From NCBI RefSeq assembly GCF_004010195.1, contig NC_057749.1, positions 20,752,559 to 20,794,479 on the forward strand: DNA of 41,921 nt. Direction: 5' to 3'. Shown here in pieces: positions 23,515 to 35,900 of the stretch (position 1 is its first letter; each line of letters starts with the position of its first letter). The translations under genes were made by a program, and so were the position numbers. The stretch is from Chiloscyllium plagiosum. Taxonomy: Eukaryota. A model generated the notes under the pieces. It was not told the DNA's origin and ran no database searches. It saw nothing but the letters and a program-made list of their open reading frames with translations.

Positions 23515-24500
23515 ATATAAAATGGGCAAAACTATGGCAGATGGAGTTGAACGTAAGCAAGTATGAGATTATCCATTTTGGACCGAAAAAGGATAGATGG
23601 TATGTAATTAAATATAATTGATATCCAAAGAAACTTAGGGATTCAGGTGCACAGATCTGTAAAATTCCACAAACAGGTGCAGAAAATAATCAAGAATAGT
23701 AACAGAACGCTGGCCTTTATATCTAGAAGACTGGAGTACAAAGATGCAGAGTCAAGATTAAAGTGGTGCTGGAAAAGCACAGCAGGTCAGGCAGCATCCG
23801 AGGAACAGGAAAAAGCCGTTTCAGGCAAAAGCTCTTCATCAGGAATGAGGCAGGGAGCCTCCGGGGTGGAGAGATAAAATCGTTTTAGCTGCTTGATCAG
23901 ATGTGCTTTTCCAGCACCAATCTAATCTTGACTTTGATCTCCAGTTCTCACTTTCCCCTACAAGGAGTTTATGCAGAAATAATACAAAACCCTGGTTAGA
24001 TCCTATTTGATGTACTGTGAGTAGATCTGGGCATCTTGGAAAGGATACATTGGCCTTGGAGGGAGTACAATGTAAGCTTACAAGAATTATATTTGGATTT
24101 CAAGGGTTAAGTTATGTGACGAGATTATACATATGTATAATCATATAAAAATATGTATGTATTTTATCTAGAATTGAGAATGGTGATCTGATTGAAGTCT
24201 TCAAGGGAGAGAGGGTAGATAAACTATTTCCATTGATTGGAAATTTGAGCATTAGGGCCAGACCATTCAGGAGAAATGTTAGGAAGCACTTCTACACGCA
24301 GAAGGTGGTAGAAATTTGGAACTCTCACAAATAGCAGTTGATTTGAAATCTGTTGTTAGTTTTAGATCTGAAATACTTTTTTTTTGTTGAGCAAAGGTAT
24401 TAAGGGATATGGGCCAAAGGCAATATGAAGCTAGGCTACAGATCAGCCATGATCACAGTGAATGGCAGAACAAGCTCAAGGGACTACATCTGTTCCTATA
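23515..24500 (+). mobile_element. Older CR1 LINE 3' portion, interrupted by a family A element
   Basis: WQMELN...IIHFG, QVHRSVK...TLAFISRRLEYK, YKTLVRS; CR1-type 3' tail near 24440-24500. Confidence 0.8.
23750..23958. mobile_element. Family A element, partial palindrome
   Basis: agtcaagattaaagtggtgctggaaaagcaca ... tgtgcttttccagcaccaatctaatcttgact; decayed hammerhead core on the minus strand (cgtttcaggcaaaagctcttcatcagg). Confidence 0.85.
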
Positions 24501-24719
24501 CCTGACTCTTATAGGCTTCAAATAATGATACTGTTTTACACATTGACAGAAATCCTTAGAAATTAAGGACCCAAATGCAATTGAGATGGGGTTTTAATTA
24601 GCTACAATTCAGATTTAGTTTACACATTATTAATAACAACTGTGACACATAGCATGTCCTGTGACATTAGAAAGAAAAATCATAAACACATTACTATTTT
24701 TGATTAATCTTCTAGCCTT

Positions 24720-25060
24720 TAATAACTTGCACTTATATAGTACCTAAATAATTGTAAAGTGTTCCAAGGCACATTATAGTAGTGTTACCAAACATTTGAA
24801 ACCAAGTGACAAAAGCTAATTTTAAGGATTGTTCAAGGAAGAAAGGGCATAGGGAGGTGGAGGGGTTTCGGAAGGAAATGCCACTGCTTTAGAACCTTGG
24901 CAATTGAAAGGACAGTGAACAAGAATGTAAAGAGTATAACTGGGGACTCACAAGGGACAATAATTTGAAGAGCAAAAAAACTAAGACAGTTGCAAAGCTG
25001 AGGCTGGTTAAAGATAAAGGGAAGGGTGAGGATGGGATGGGATTTGAAAACAAGGAACAA
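24720..25060 (-). mobile_element. Old L2-like LINE 3' end
   Basis: aacttgcacttatatagtacct...gttccaaggcac is the reverse of the tail at ~22770-22830. Confidence 0.5.
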
Positions 25061-26353
25061 CAAAAACCTGAACACAGGAGAATAAACATAAACTAGAACA
25101 ATAAGATTAATTATCTGCATTACATGACAAAAGCAGAATGTGCTCCAGAGATAGTGTGCTATGACAAAGCTGCTGACAATTACCTATCCTTGCCCATCCC
25201 CCAATTCCAGAAACACTCACTTTAACTAAAAGGCCTACTTATTAAAAAGAAACCATGCAAGTTTTCTCGACCACAGTTTTTAAGCCACATCATTCAGCAA
25301 TTGTTTAAACATGGCTGTTTCTTTAATAAAAACAAAACATTTGATGCTCTCCCCTCCTGGAGCTTATTAAATTGGACTAATTAAAGCAGTCTGCATCTGC
25401 CTCAAAGTCACGGCTAATGGCAAATATTGGTCTTCTATCTGCTCAAACACTTTCCTGCGTTAATTCAAACCCTGCCCACCAACCCCGCAAACAGCCAAAG
25501 AAAAGTGCATTCATACCTAATTCTTCAAATGTGCAGTCTATAGGATGTGGTTGCAAGAAGAAATTCTATCATCTCTCTCTATTCCGTTTACCCCCAGACA
25601 GGAGAGCTGTCAGTCAACAATGAACACTCAGCGTGCCTGCTCCTGGCCTCTCCCAATCGACAGCCCACAAAGGAATTGCCATTCTAATTGCTGCCCATAA
25701 TCTACATAATTAATTGAGAGATACAACCACATTTGCAGATCCTTTGCAAACAAAAAAAATGGTGCAGCACCATATGGTTCCTGCAGAAAAGCAGAGGTTG
25801 CCAGAGGGAGTTTCAGGTAGGTAGATAATATCAAAAATGACTCATGGTGGTGAATTTTACGGACAGCAGCAGTCTGATCATTTGTGTTTTTGTCAGTTCA
25901 CTTCTGTTAATGTGGAAGACTCAATAAATCAGTAAAATGGACTTAATTTCATCCAATTTAAAATTGAAACAAAATGCTGAGATTATTCCGCAAAGGTTTG
26001 GTGAAGCATGTCATTTCCAAGATTAATCATGAATCTTGAGAGACACTGTTCATTCAGCTGATACTCAACTTGTTCTAATTTCTATTTAATGTAAGACTTG
26101 TTACCATCCAATTTTAAACAATATTTTTAACTGAATGCAAATGTAGCATTTTCATTTAAGTTATCTAAGTAATCTAATCAAATGTAGCATTTTCACTTAA
26201 GTTAATTGATACAGCTTCTGCCAAAATTAATATTTGATTTTCCTTAAACATGGGTGTATTTTGATGGTTATGGGACATGATTTAACTTGTTGCTACTACT
26301 ACAGAATGCTTATGTGCATAGTCTCAGCTTCACCTGTTCCCAAATGCAGTCAT

Positions 26354-26862
26354 TGTAATGAGGTCAATCAGCTGTACATCATTGAATATGCAGTCCCTGA
26401 TTGGTGCAGTTAATCTAGTCCAATCATGGAGCCCTTGCTGACAAAAAGACGTGTGCCAGGATTTGAAGTTTGTCCTCATCTCCCTGAAAACTGGTTAAAT
26501 GGTGGGGTTTGGGGTTGGCTTTGTTGACCTTTCCCCTGTATATAGTGGGGTTTATTTGTGTAAACTGCTGCTTTCTGTTTATTGTTAACTGCATTTTGTT
26601 CTGTTTAATAAAGTTTAAAAAAAAGGTGCCAGGATTTGATGTTTGTCCTCATTTCCCTGAAAACTGGTTGAACGATGGGGTTAGGGGCCTGGCTTTGGTA
26701 CCCCTCTCCTGTGTAAATTGCTGTTTCTCTGTATATAGCTGTAAATGTTAATTGTTTATTTGTAAACTGTACTGTTTAATAAAATTTTACAAAAAGAGAT
26801 GTCCAGAGGCTCTGGTACTCAGAGCTGACTCTGAAGAGGCAGTATGAGAGTCAAGGACTCTT
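26354..26862 (+). mobile_element. Probable solo LTR, interrupted by a tandem insert
   Basis: Starts tgtaatgagg; ccctgattgg...tccaatca.ggagccc.tgctga and gagctgactctga are colinear with a second copy at 28061-28238. The LTR call is from recalled similarity. Confidence 0.45.
26453..26796 (+). repeat. Two tandem ~172-bp units, each ending in AATAAA plus an A-run
   Basis: Units start gtgccaggatttga at 26453 and 26626; flanked by acaaaaaga at 26441-26449 and 26789-26797. Confidence 0.8.
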
Positions 26863-26867
26863 ACAGT

Positions 26868-28008
26868 CAAAGACTCAATCATACAGCATGGAAACTTTCA
26901 CTATAACCAGTCCATGCTGACCATGTTCCCAAACTGAACTAGTCCCACTTACCTGCACTTGGCCCACACTCCTCCAAACCTTTCCTATTCATGAATTTAT
27001 CCAAATGTAATTTTTACTGCATCCACAAATTTCTCTGGCAGTTCATTCTACACATGAACCACTGTGTAAAAAAAAAATTGCCCCACATGTCCTTTTTAAA
27101 TATTTCTCTGCTCACCTTAAAAATATGCCCCCTAGTTTTAAACTCCCTCTCTCCAAAATCCCCTCACCCTTACCCCCAGAGAAAATAGCCGTCATTCACC
27201 TTACAATGCCCACCACAATTTTACAAATCCAATAAGGTCCTCCCTCAATCTTCTATGCGCCAATAAAAAAAGTTCCAGCCTTTCCAGGCTATGTTTACAT
27301 CTCAAACCCTCCATTCCCAGCAACATCCTGGTAAATCTTTTCTGAACCCTCTCCAGTTTAATAACATTCTTCCTACAACAGGGAGACCAGAACTGTACAC
27401 AGTACTCCAGAAGAGAGCTCACCAATGTCCTGTATAACCTCAACATGACATTCCAACCCCCATACTCAAAGGTCTAAGCAATGAAGGCAAGCGTGCTGAA
27501 CACCTTAACCATCCTGGTTACCTGTCAGATGCAAACCTAAGGCACCCTTTATTCTTATCCAATCATTGGTATAAATGACAAAAGTGGATCCAATACTGAT
27601 CCCTGTTGGAACCCTGCTGGTCATAGGCATCCAGTCCAAAAAAAAACCCTCCACCATCAACTGTTGTTTCTTACCATAAAGCCAATTTTGTATCCAATTG
27701 GCAACCTTAACCTGAATCACATGTGATCTAACTTTACTAATTAGTCTACCATGCGGAACCTAGTCAAAGGCTTTACTAAAGTCCAAGTAAACAAGTCTAC
27801 CACTCTGTTCTCATCAATCTTTTTGGTTACTTCATTAAAACAAACTCAATCAAGTTTGAGAAACACAACTTTCTGCACACAAAACCACGCTGACTATCCC
27901 TGATCAATTCTTGCCTCTACAAATGCGTGTAAATCCAATCTTTCAGAATCTCCTCCAACAAGTTACCCACCACCAAGTTGATAGTTTCTGGGCTTCTCCT
28001 TACAGCTC
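26868..28008 (-). mobile_element. CR1/HER1 LINE, RT to 3' end, internally deleted
   Basis: MLRLYRTLVSSLLEYCVQFWSP...LERVQKRFTRML; VANWIQNWL. Confidence 0.92.
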
Positions 28009-28060
28009 TCACATGGGGGGCTGTGAAAGCTTCAGGAACACCAATGCCAGACAAGACTCT

Positions 28061-28238
28061 GCCAGGTCAGCTGGATCTCATAAAACATGAGTTCCTTGAT
28101 AGGGGCTGTTAAGCTGGTCCAACTAGGGAGCCCTGGCTGATGGCTAAAGAGAGGGGTGTTGGAGATTCTGTCACTCTGAAAGCTCACCCTGAGGAAGCAG
28201 TATGAAAATGAAGGATTCCTCATGTGTAAATAAAGGCT
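28061..28238 (+). mobile_element. Second copy of the LTR-like repeat
   Basis: atgagttccttgataggggctgttaagctggtccaactagggagccctggctga...tgtaaataaagg. Confidence 0.45.
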
Positions 28239-29604
28239 TTCACAAATGATGTTCCCATATCTTTCCATCTTTTGCTTTTCCCTCCTCTTTCACTGTATTC
28301 TAGTTCATGTTTCATTTAGTTTTATTTATTTACTTTTTGACTCATGTAATTGTTCGCCCATCATCAGACCTGGATCACAATTCCCAACTTCTCATTTGTT
28401 ACCCTATCACACTGGCCAATTCTTGGTCTCTTTATTATGGTCCACCTCATCTCAACAAAAAGCCTTGGATGACTAATTGTGAAAGCACATATTGACAACC
28501 TAATAGGTTATGGCATCTTGAAAAACACGATTAGCTGACAAATCATCCATGTTCTAGGAACACAGGAGAATAGGAGCAAGAATACACCTTTCAATCCCCC
28601 TCGACCCGGTCTCTAAATATTCTTTTAAGAAGTTCCAATGTGAACACTTTGAAAAATAGTTTAGTTGATACATGCAACAGATGATGTGTCATGGAGACCA
28701 AACAGGCCTTTATTCCTGATTTACATTTGAATTAGCCAATCTTTGAAGTGCACTGGAGAGAGGGGCACCATGGCTGTCAGTGAATAGAAACATCAGCTCT
28801 TTGTCACCATCCAGAACCTCCACCTGACTCAGAATTTTCTTTGGCTGTGAGAAACAATATAATTGAATATTCTGCAAACACTACAATGGCTAATTTTTTA
28901 AATCAAGGATGGACAGTTAGTTCAGGGATGTTTATGCCCAAGCAATCATCACCAGGAAGGAAGTACAGCAGTGGCAGAAAACTGGAGGTGGTAATGGCTT
29001 CTCTTCATCTCTTCAAAAGGAGACATTAACTCCTTTCTTGGTTATAATTCCACTATTTTGAGTGACCATCTTGAATGTCACTAAAATACCCATTCTTCAC
29101 TTGAGAGAAGTGACAAATGTCAGTAAAATACTAGAACTGTCCATGTTCAAATGTAGCAAGAACTCAGGAAAATCCAGGCTTGAACTGATAAGTGAAAAAG
29201 TAATAGGTGCGCCATACAAGTGCCAAGCAATGACCTTTCAAAAACATTTCCAAGACATTTCAAAAAGCAGAGAATTTCACCATAGCCTCTTGACATTTAA
29301 TGGAAATACCATTGCAGAATCCCCCACTATCAACATCAGCGACCAGACTTTGAAATGATCTAGCCTTATAAGAATAGGTCAGAGGTTAGGAGTACTACTG
29401 TGAGTAACACACCTAACTACCCAAAGTCTGTTCCACCATCTACAAGGTACAAGTCAGGAGTGTGATAGAATTCTCTCTGTTTACTTGGATGAGTGCAGCT
29501 GCAACAACACTCAAGAAACTTGACACCATCTAGGACAAAACAACCTACTTGATCAACACCTCAACCATAAACATTTGCCTCCTCCATTACTGGTACATAG
29601 TAGT

Positions 29605-29788
29605 TAAGACTTAACAAACAATCCAAGTCTTTTTCAATATATAATTTCAGTTACATCACACTATAAACTTTTGCTATAAGTTCTGTGTCTTACAATCTTA
29701 TACTCCCCAATCACCTGATGAAGGAGCAGTGCTCCGAAGGCTAATGCTTCCAAACAAACCTGTTGGACTATAACCTGGTGTTGCGTGA
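29605..29788 (+). mobile_element. Family B element (single arm) with hammerhead-like core
   Basis: CTGATGA-a-ggagc agt gctcc-GAAggcta at 29715-29744, followed by cttccaaacaaacctgttggactataacctggtgttg similar to the 5781-6130 copy. Confidence 0.85.
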
Positions 29789-30057
29789 TCTACAAGGTGC
29801 ACTACAGTAACTTACCCAGGCTCCATGGACAGCACCTTCTAAACCCACAACCACTATAATCTAAAAGGCAGCAGGTACAAAGAAACATCTCTCCAAGTCA
29901 CTCACCATCCTGACCTGGAAATATGTAATTCCTTCAATGTTGCTAAGTAAAACCCTGGAATTCCTTTTGTAACATCATTATGGGTTTGCCTGTACTAAAT
30001 GGATTGCAGCAGTTCAGAAGGCAGCTCACCACAACTGTACAAGGGCAACTACAGATG

Positions 30058-30151
30058 CAGGTAGTTGTCCAATAATGCTTGTTCATTAAACACGATTTGC
30101 TTATAATGTGATTGTGAATTGCCAACTACGGCGTTATAGGAGAACTACCAG
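30058..30151. mobile_element. 94-bp MITE (Tc1/mariner-Tigger-like)
   Basis: Imperfect 21-bp TIRs caggtagttgtccaataatgc / gcgttataggagaactaccag, flanked by tg and ta; splits the LINE2 tail. Confidence 0.65.
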
Positions 30152-30294
30152 TAGTCAATAAATACTGGTGCATCCAGCGACAAACATTTCCCACGAACAA
30201 ATGAAGAAAAAGCTAAGTCAGCATTCAGGATTCTGTATCCTTCATCATTTCTTCCTTACTGATATCCATGCATGTTTATTCTGGTCCCTTGATA

Positions 30295-30665
30295 ATAGTT
30301 GGTAGGCAGAATGAAGATAGGTAACTATGGTAAAATTTTAAAAAGCCGTGGAGGATCAGAGACCCAGCAAATCTTTAGGGGAGGCCACACAAATTGAAAA
30401 AGGTGTGAAAAGGCAACATGAGATCTTTGGCTTTACTGATAAAAGCATGGAGCAGTAAGAATGATACTTGGTCTTCTAAACTTCAGGGGTAGTTATGACA
30501 GATCATAAAAATTAGAATTGTTTTCTCTAGAATTTAGAAGGTCATGGGTGATCTGACTCAACTCTTCAAGGTATTAACAGGAAAAGGCAAGGTAGATAGA
30601 TGCGCTTTTGTTAAGCAAAAATATTGAGGGATATGGGTCAAAGGCAGTAATGGAGTAATGGGCTC
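30295..30665 (+). mobile_element. Decayed CR1 fragment
   Basis: ttttctctagaatttagaagg...ggtgatctgactcaactcttcaagg and ttaagcaaaaatattgagggatatgggtcaaaggca match 24160-24425. Confidence 0.65.
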
Positions 30666-30667
30666 AA

Positions 30668-33455
30668 TTAGAGTCATAAGAGTTATACAGCAGGAAAACA
30701 GATCCTTTGGTCCAACTTGTTTATGCCGACCAGATATCCTAAACTGATCTAGTCCCATTTGCTAGCATTTAGCCCATATCCCTTTAAACCCTTCCTATCC
30801 ATCCTATTTATGTACGCATCCAGATGCCTTTTAAATGTTGTAATTGTACTGGCTCCACCACTTCCTCTGGCAGTTTGTCCCACACACCAGAACCACCTTC
30901 TTGAAAATGTTGTCCCTCAGGTCCCTTTTAAATCTTTCCTCTCTCACCTTAAACCTATGCCTTCTAGCACTCCCCTACCCTGGGGAAATGACCTTGGCTA
31001 TTCACCCTATCCATGCCTCTCATGAATTCATAAACTCTTATAAGATCACTCCTCAGCTTCTGTTGCTCCAGTAAAAAAATGTCCTAGCCAGTTCAGCCTC
31101 TCCCTACAGTTTAAACCCTCCAAACCTGGCCATATCTCAGTAAATCTTTTCTGAACCCTTTCAAGTTTAACATAATCTTTTCTATAGCAGGGAAACCAGA
31201 ATTATACGCAGTATTCCAAAAGTAGCCTGACCAATGCTCTGTACAGCCGCAACATGACATCCCAACTGCTATACTCAAGGCATTGACCAATGAAGGCAAG
31301 CATGCCAAATGCCTTCTTCACCACCCTGTCTACCTGCGACTCCATTTTAAAGGAACTATGCACCTACACCCTGAGATCTTTTTGTTTGGCAACACTCCTC
31401 AGTGCCCTACCATTAAGTGTATAATGCCCTTGGTTGCCTTATCAAAATCGAACACCTCACATTTATATGAATTAAACACCATCTGCCACTCCTTGGCCCA
31501 CTGGCCCATCTGATCAAGGTCCCATTGTACTCTGATATAACTTTCTTCACTGTCCACTACATCAGTAATTTTGGTGTCATCTGCAAATTTACTAACCCTA
31601 CCTCTTGTATTCATACCCAAATCATTTATGTGAATGACAAAAAGCAATGACCCCAGCACCAGTCCTTGAGGCAAACCACTGATCACAGGCCTCCCATCCG
31701 AAAAACAACCCTCTGTCTCGTACCTTCAAGCCAATTTTGTATTCAATTGGCTAGCTCCCTCTGTATTCAACGTGATCTAACCTTACTAACCAGTCTACCA
31801 CGTCGAACTTGTCGAATGCCTTACTGAAGTCCACACAGACAACGTCCACACAAAAAACTCAACTAAGTTAGTTTAGACATGTTTCTCACACACAAAGCCA
31901 TGTTGACTCTCCTTAATCAGTCCTTGCCTTTCCAAATGCATGCAAATCCTGGCTCTCAGAAACCCCTCCAACAACTTACCCACCACTGATGTCAAGCTCA
32001 CTGGTCTATAGTTCCCTGGCTATTCTTTGCCACCTTTTTAAAATAATGGCACTGCATTAGTCAATCTCCAATCCTCCAGCACCTCACCTCTGGCTACTGA
32101 TGATACAAATACCTAAGGAGAAAATGAGGACTGCAGATGCTGGAGATCGAAGTCAAGAGTGTGGCGCTGGAAAAGCACAGCAGATCAGGCAACATCTCAG
32201 CAGCAGGAGAATCGAATGGCTTATGCCTGAAACATTGATTCTCCTGCTCCTCAGATGCTGCCTGATCTGTTGTGCGTTTCCAGCGCCACACTCTTGACCA
32301 CAAATATCTTAGCAAGAGGCTCAGCAATCAGTACCCTAGCTCACACAAAGTTCTGGGATAGACCTGATCAGGTCCCAGGGATTTATCCACCTTTATGCAT
32401 TCTAAGATGTTCAGCACTTCCTCTTCTGTAATATGGACACTTTTCAATATATCACTTTTTTTCCCCCAAGTTTTCCCTAGCTTCCACATCCTTCTCCACA
32501 GTAAATGCTGAAGCAAAATATTCACTTAGTATCTCACCTCGCTCTTGTGACTCCAGGCACAATGAGCCTTGTTGATCTTCAAGGTCCCAATTCTCTCCCT
32601 AGTTACTCATTTTCCTTTAATGTATTTGTAGAATCTTTTTGGATTCTTCTCAACCCTATTTGGCAAATAATTCTCACACCCCCTTTTTGCTCTCCTGATT
32701 TCCTATTTAAGTATGCTCCTACTGTCCTTGTAGTCCTCTGAGGATTCACTCAATCCCAGCTGTCTATACCGGACATAGGCCTCCTCCTTTTTCTTGACCA
32801 GAGCCTCAACTTAGACATTCAGCATTCCCTAAGTATATCAGCCTTGTCCTTCACACTAACAGGAACATACTGTCTCTGAATCTCAATTATCTCATTTTTA
32901 AAGGCCTCCCATACTCCAACTGTCCTTTACCTGCAAATAGCATCTCCCAATTAACTTGTTCTTGCCTCATACCATCAAAATTGGTCCTACTCCAGTTTAG
33001 AATTTTAACTTATAGATCAGTTTATCCTTTTTCATAACTGTTTAAAACTAACAGAATTATGACCACTGGCCCCAAAGTGCTCCCCCACTGAAGCCTCAGT
33101 CATTTGCCCTGCCTTATTTCCCAACAGAAGGTCAGGTTTTGCTTTTTCTCTAATAGGTACATTCACATATTGAATAAGAAAATTTTCTTATATACACTTC
33201 AGAAATTCCTCTCTATCCAAACCCTTAATACTATGGCAGTCTCAGTCTATGTTTGAAAATTTAAAATTCCCTCCCATTACAAACCTATTATTCGTACAAA
33301 TAGCTGACATCTCCTTACACATTTGCTTCTCAAATTCCTGCTGACTACTGGTGGGCCTACAATTCCAACAAGGTGATCATCACTGTCCTATTCCTCAGTT
33401 CCACCAATATAACTTTACTGGATATTCTCCCAGGAATATCCTCCCCAAGTACAGA
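30668..33455 (-). mobile_element. Long CR1/HER1 LINE ORF2 relic
   Basis: SGLPQGLVLGSLLFVIHINDL...VSKFADDTKI and IKVDKSLGPDQVYPRTL; 3' tail at 30668-30730; endonuclease-region remnants to ~33450. Confidence 0.93.
32115..32299. mobile_element. Family A palindromic element nested in CR1
   Basis: Arms ~32152-32214 and ~32235-32298; TSD acaaatacct (32105-32114) / acaaatatct (32300-32309). Confidence 0.9.
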
Positions 33456-33584
33456 TGCAACATATCTGTGATATTAAACAAAGATATCACAGATGAGAGT
33501 GAAAAAAAGATTTGCTGTAATAGTATCAGGGATGAAGAAATTCAATTTAGGAAAAAGTTCGAAATGCTGGGACTGTTGTGCATT

Positions 33585-33742
33585 AGCCATGGCATAGCAG
33601 GTAGCAGGTTCAAGTCCTAGTGCAGGACTTGGTCACAAAAATTATGGCCTGTGCAGTACTGAAAGAGTGCTACATTGATGAACATGCTATCTTTTGGTGT
33701 AGATGTTAAACCAGTGCCCACCTGTCTGCTTAGATGGAAGTA
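33585..33742 (+). mobile_element. DeuSINE-like (SacSINE1/AmnSINE-type) fragment
   Basis: ggttcaagtcc B-box, then gtgcagtactgaaagagtgctacattg...atcttttggtgtagatgttaaacc, resembling the Deu domain. Confidence 0.6.
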
Positions 33743-33749
33743 GAATGCA

Positions 33750-34470
33750 ATCCAGGAAAGTATGAGGGAATGCATTTAGAGATGGCAAACAAGGCAAGGG
33801 AAAATGCAATAAATAGTATGATATTGAGAAGTGTAGAGGAACAGAAGGAAATTGCAATGCATAATCACAAATCCCCAAAGGCAACAGGACAGGTTTATTC
33901 ATAAGCATACTGATACTTTGTTTTATAAGCTGTAACATAGAACGTGAATAGCATTGTGAATTATATAAAAGGCTAGTTAGGACCCAGCTGATGTATTGCA
34001 TAGTTTTAGTTACTGCACTACAGAAAGGATGTAATCCCAGAGAGGTGCAGAATAGATTGCTTGGACTGGAGAATCTTAGCTACTGAGAAAAGTTGGAATT
34101 TTGGTTTGGAACAGAGAGACTGAGGGGAGATTTAATTAAAGCATACTAAATAATGAGAGGCCTGGATAGAACAGAAGGAAGAAACTATTTCCCTTAGTAG
34201 ACAGGTCATTAACCAGAGAGCACAGAATAAACTAAGTGGTAGAAAGATTACAAGGACATTGAGAAGATCTTTTTTCACCTAATCCGGCACTCACTGCCTG
34301 AAAGTGTTAGAAGCAAAGCACCTTACTGCATTTGGAAAATATACTTTGATAAGCAATGCTGTAACTGACAGGGTGAGAGACTAAGAACTAGAATGTGAGG
34401 GTCAGGCTGTATTGCTCTTTTTGGTTGGTACTGACACAGTGGCTTCAATGACTACCTGCAATACCATGAA
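33750..34470 (+). mobile_element. Decayed CR1 3' portion
   Basis: aggctagttaggacccagctg...tattgcatagttttag and ctgaggggagatttaatt (LRGDLI). Confidence 0.7.
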
Positions 34471-35049
34471 TGTTCAGCATTTTATGAAATTGTAGTTAAT
34501 TTTCTCTTTATTAACAGGAGAGACTGAAATACCAATGGTCATCAGCCTGATCATTGTTCCAATTTCATAACAGATGAAATCTGGGACTTTCCCGCCTTCC
34601 ATTATTTAACTGCTCACTGCATTAATCAGTTATGCTACTGGGGCAAAATGAAACTTTAATAAAAGTAATGTGTAATTAAGAAGAAGATGTTCAGATAATG
34701 TAAGTCAACATGTCCCATTTAATAAATGCCGAAGTAGTCATCCTGTGAGTTTTTAATTATTTCCTATTCACATCTTTTGTCCACCAACTCTGAATATTAA
34801 TCTTTGATGCTTCCCTGCAATTACACATTATACTCCTCATAGCCTGTACAGTGTAGACAACAGTTAGTTTAAAACCATTTCTACATGAATACTGATTAAA
34901 CATTTCAAAATTGCCCTTTCAACCCATGAACTTGCTGTACACTACCAGAGAGAGTAATCCTTACTGCAAAACAGCTCAGTGATTAATAGCTTGGCTGATA
35001 AGTCAGTGAGTAAATCTCATGATACGTCACTGGGGTTGTTGGTGTGTCA

Positions 35050-35530
35050 GCCATGGTTCATTTGGCAGCACATTCTCCTCTCAGCGAAGATTTCTGGGTT
35101 TAAGCTTCATTGACACTCCAAAGTAAAGTGGAAGGATAACTGAACCAAAAACAGAAGTTGCTGGAGAAACTCAATAAGTGTGGTAGCATCTGTAGGAAGA
35201 AAACTGAATTAATGTTTTGAGTGCAGTGGCTCTTCATCAGATGGTGCCAGACCTGCTGAGTTTCTCCAGCAATTTCTTTTTTTGTTTCAGATTCCAGCAC
35301 CCACAGTTTTTTTAGAAAAATTATTATGGAAGGATTACTACAAGGTTTATAGGTGCGGGTTTTTGGATAAAATGCTAATCTCAGGCCATATCTGAACAAG
35401 TGAAAGTTGATGTTCCCATGATTTTCCTGGGTCCGTGCAACATTTCTCTTTTAGTCAACACTAAAATGGATTCTCTGGTCAGTTATCGGATCTGCTGCTT
35501 GTTCACAAATTAATTGTAGCTATATTTCAA
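35050..35530 (+). mobile_element. Degenerate DeuSINE-like element interrupted by a family C element
   Basis: ccatggttcatttggcagcac head, weak Deu-domain similarity; partly complementary to 35560-35900. Confidence 0.4.
35142..35326. mobile_element. Family C palindromic element
   Basis: aaaacagaagttgctggagaaactca / tgagtttctccagcaatttc; minus-strand core ctgatgaa-gagccactgcactc-aaaacatt; TSD tggaaggataact (35129-35141) / tggaaggattact (35327-35339). Confidence 0.85.
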
Positions 35531-35559
35531 AGACCTTCCATTTATAAGGTTCCATGCAC

Positions 35560-35900
35560 AACATCAGACTTCTTCACAACTTTCCATAACCAAAGAAGCA
35601 TTTATTTGCAAGTTAATCACTATACCAAAACAGTGAACTGGTGCACAGCAGGGCTCCACCACACAGCAATGAGATAAACTACCACATAATCTGCAATTGT
35701 AATGTTAGTTGAGAGATGTATATTACCTAGGATGCCAGGAAAACACACTTATGCCACAGCATTGTTTACATCCTCTCAGAGCAGCCTGGATCTCAGTTTA
35801 TTGCCTCACTGAAACACATCTACATGCCATGAACGACACTGATGCCTGAAGAAATATCAGGATCTCAACCTTTGCAGTGGAATTTGAAAACATGATGTGA
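35560..35900 (-). mobile_element. Degenerate DeuSINE-like element
   Basis: gtgcacagcagggctcc...agcaatgagataa...atgttagttgag...gtttacatcc...tctcagttta, the reverse of the SacSINE-type body as I recall it. Confidence 0.45.

Larger units (their letters stand above)
29130..30210 (+). mobile_element. LINE2 family 3' portion with nested insertions
   Basis: LTFNGNTIAESPTINI; accatctacaaggtacaagtcaggagtgtgat homologous to ~20545-20580; tail at 30043-30210. Confidence 0.85.

Noticed and set aside
26354..28238. Full LTR retrotransposon bounded by two LTRs
   Set aside because: The two copies are strongly diverged, the interior is a CR1 relic, and no gag/pol or PBS is visible.
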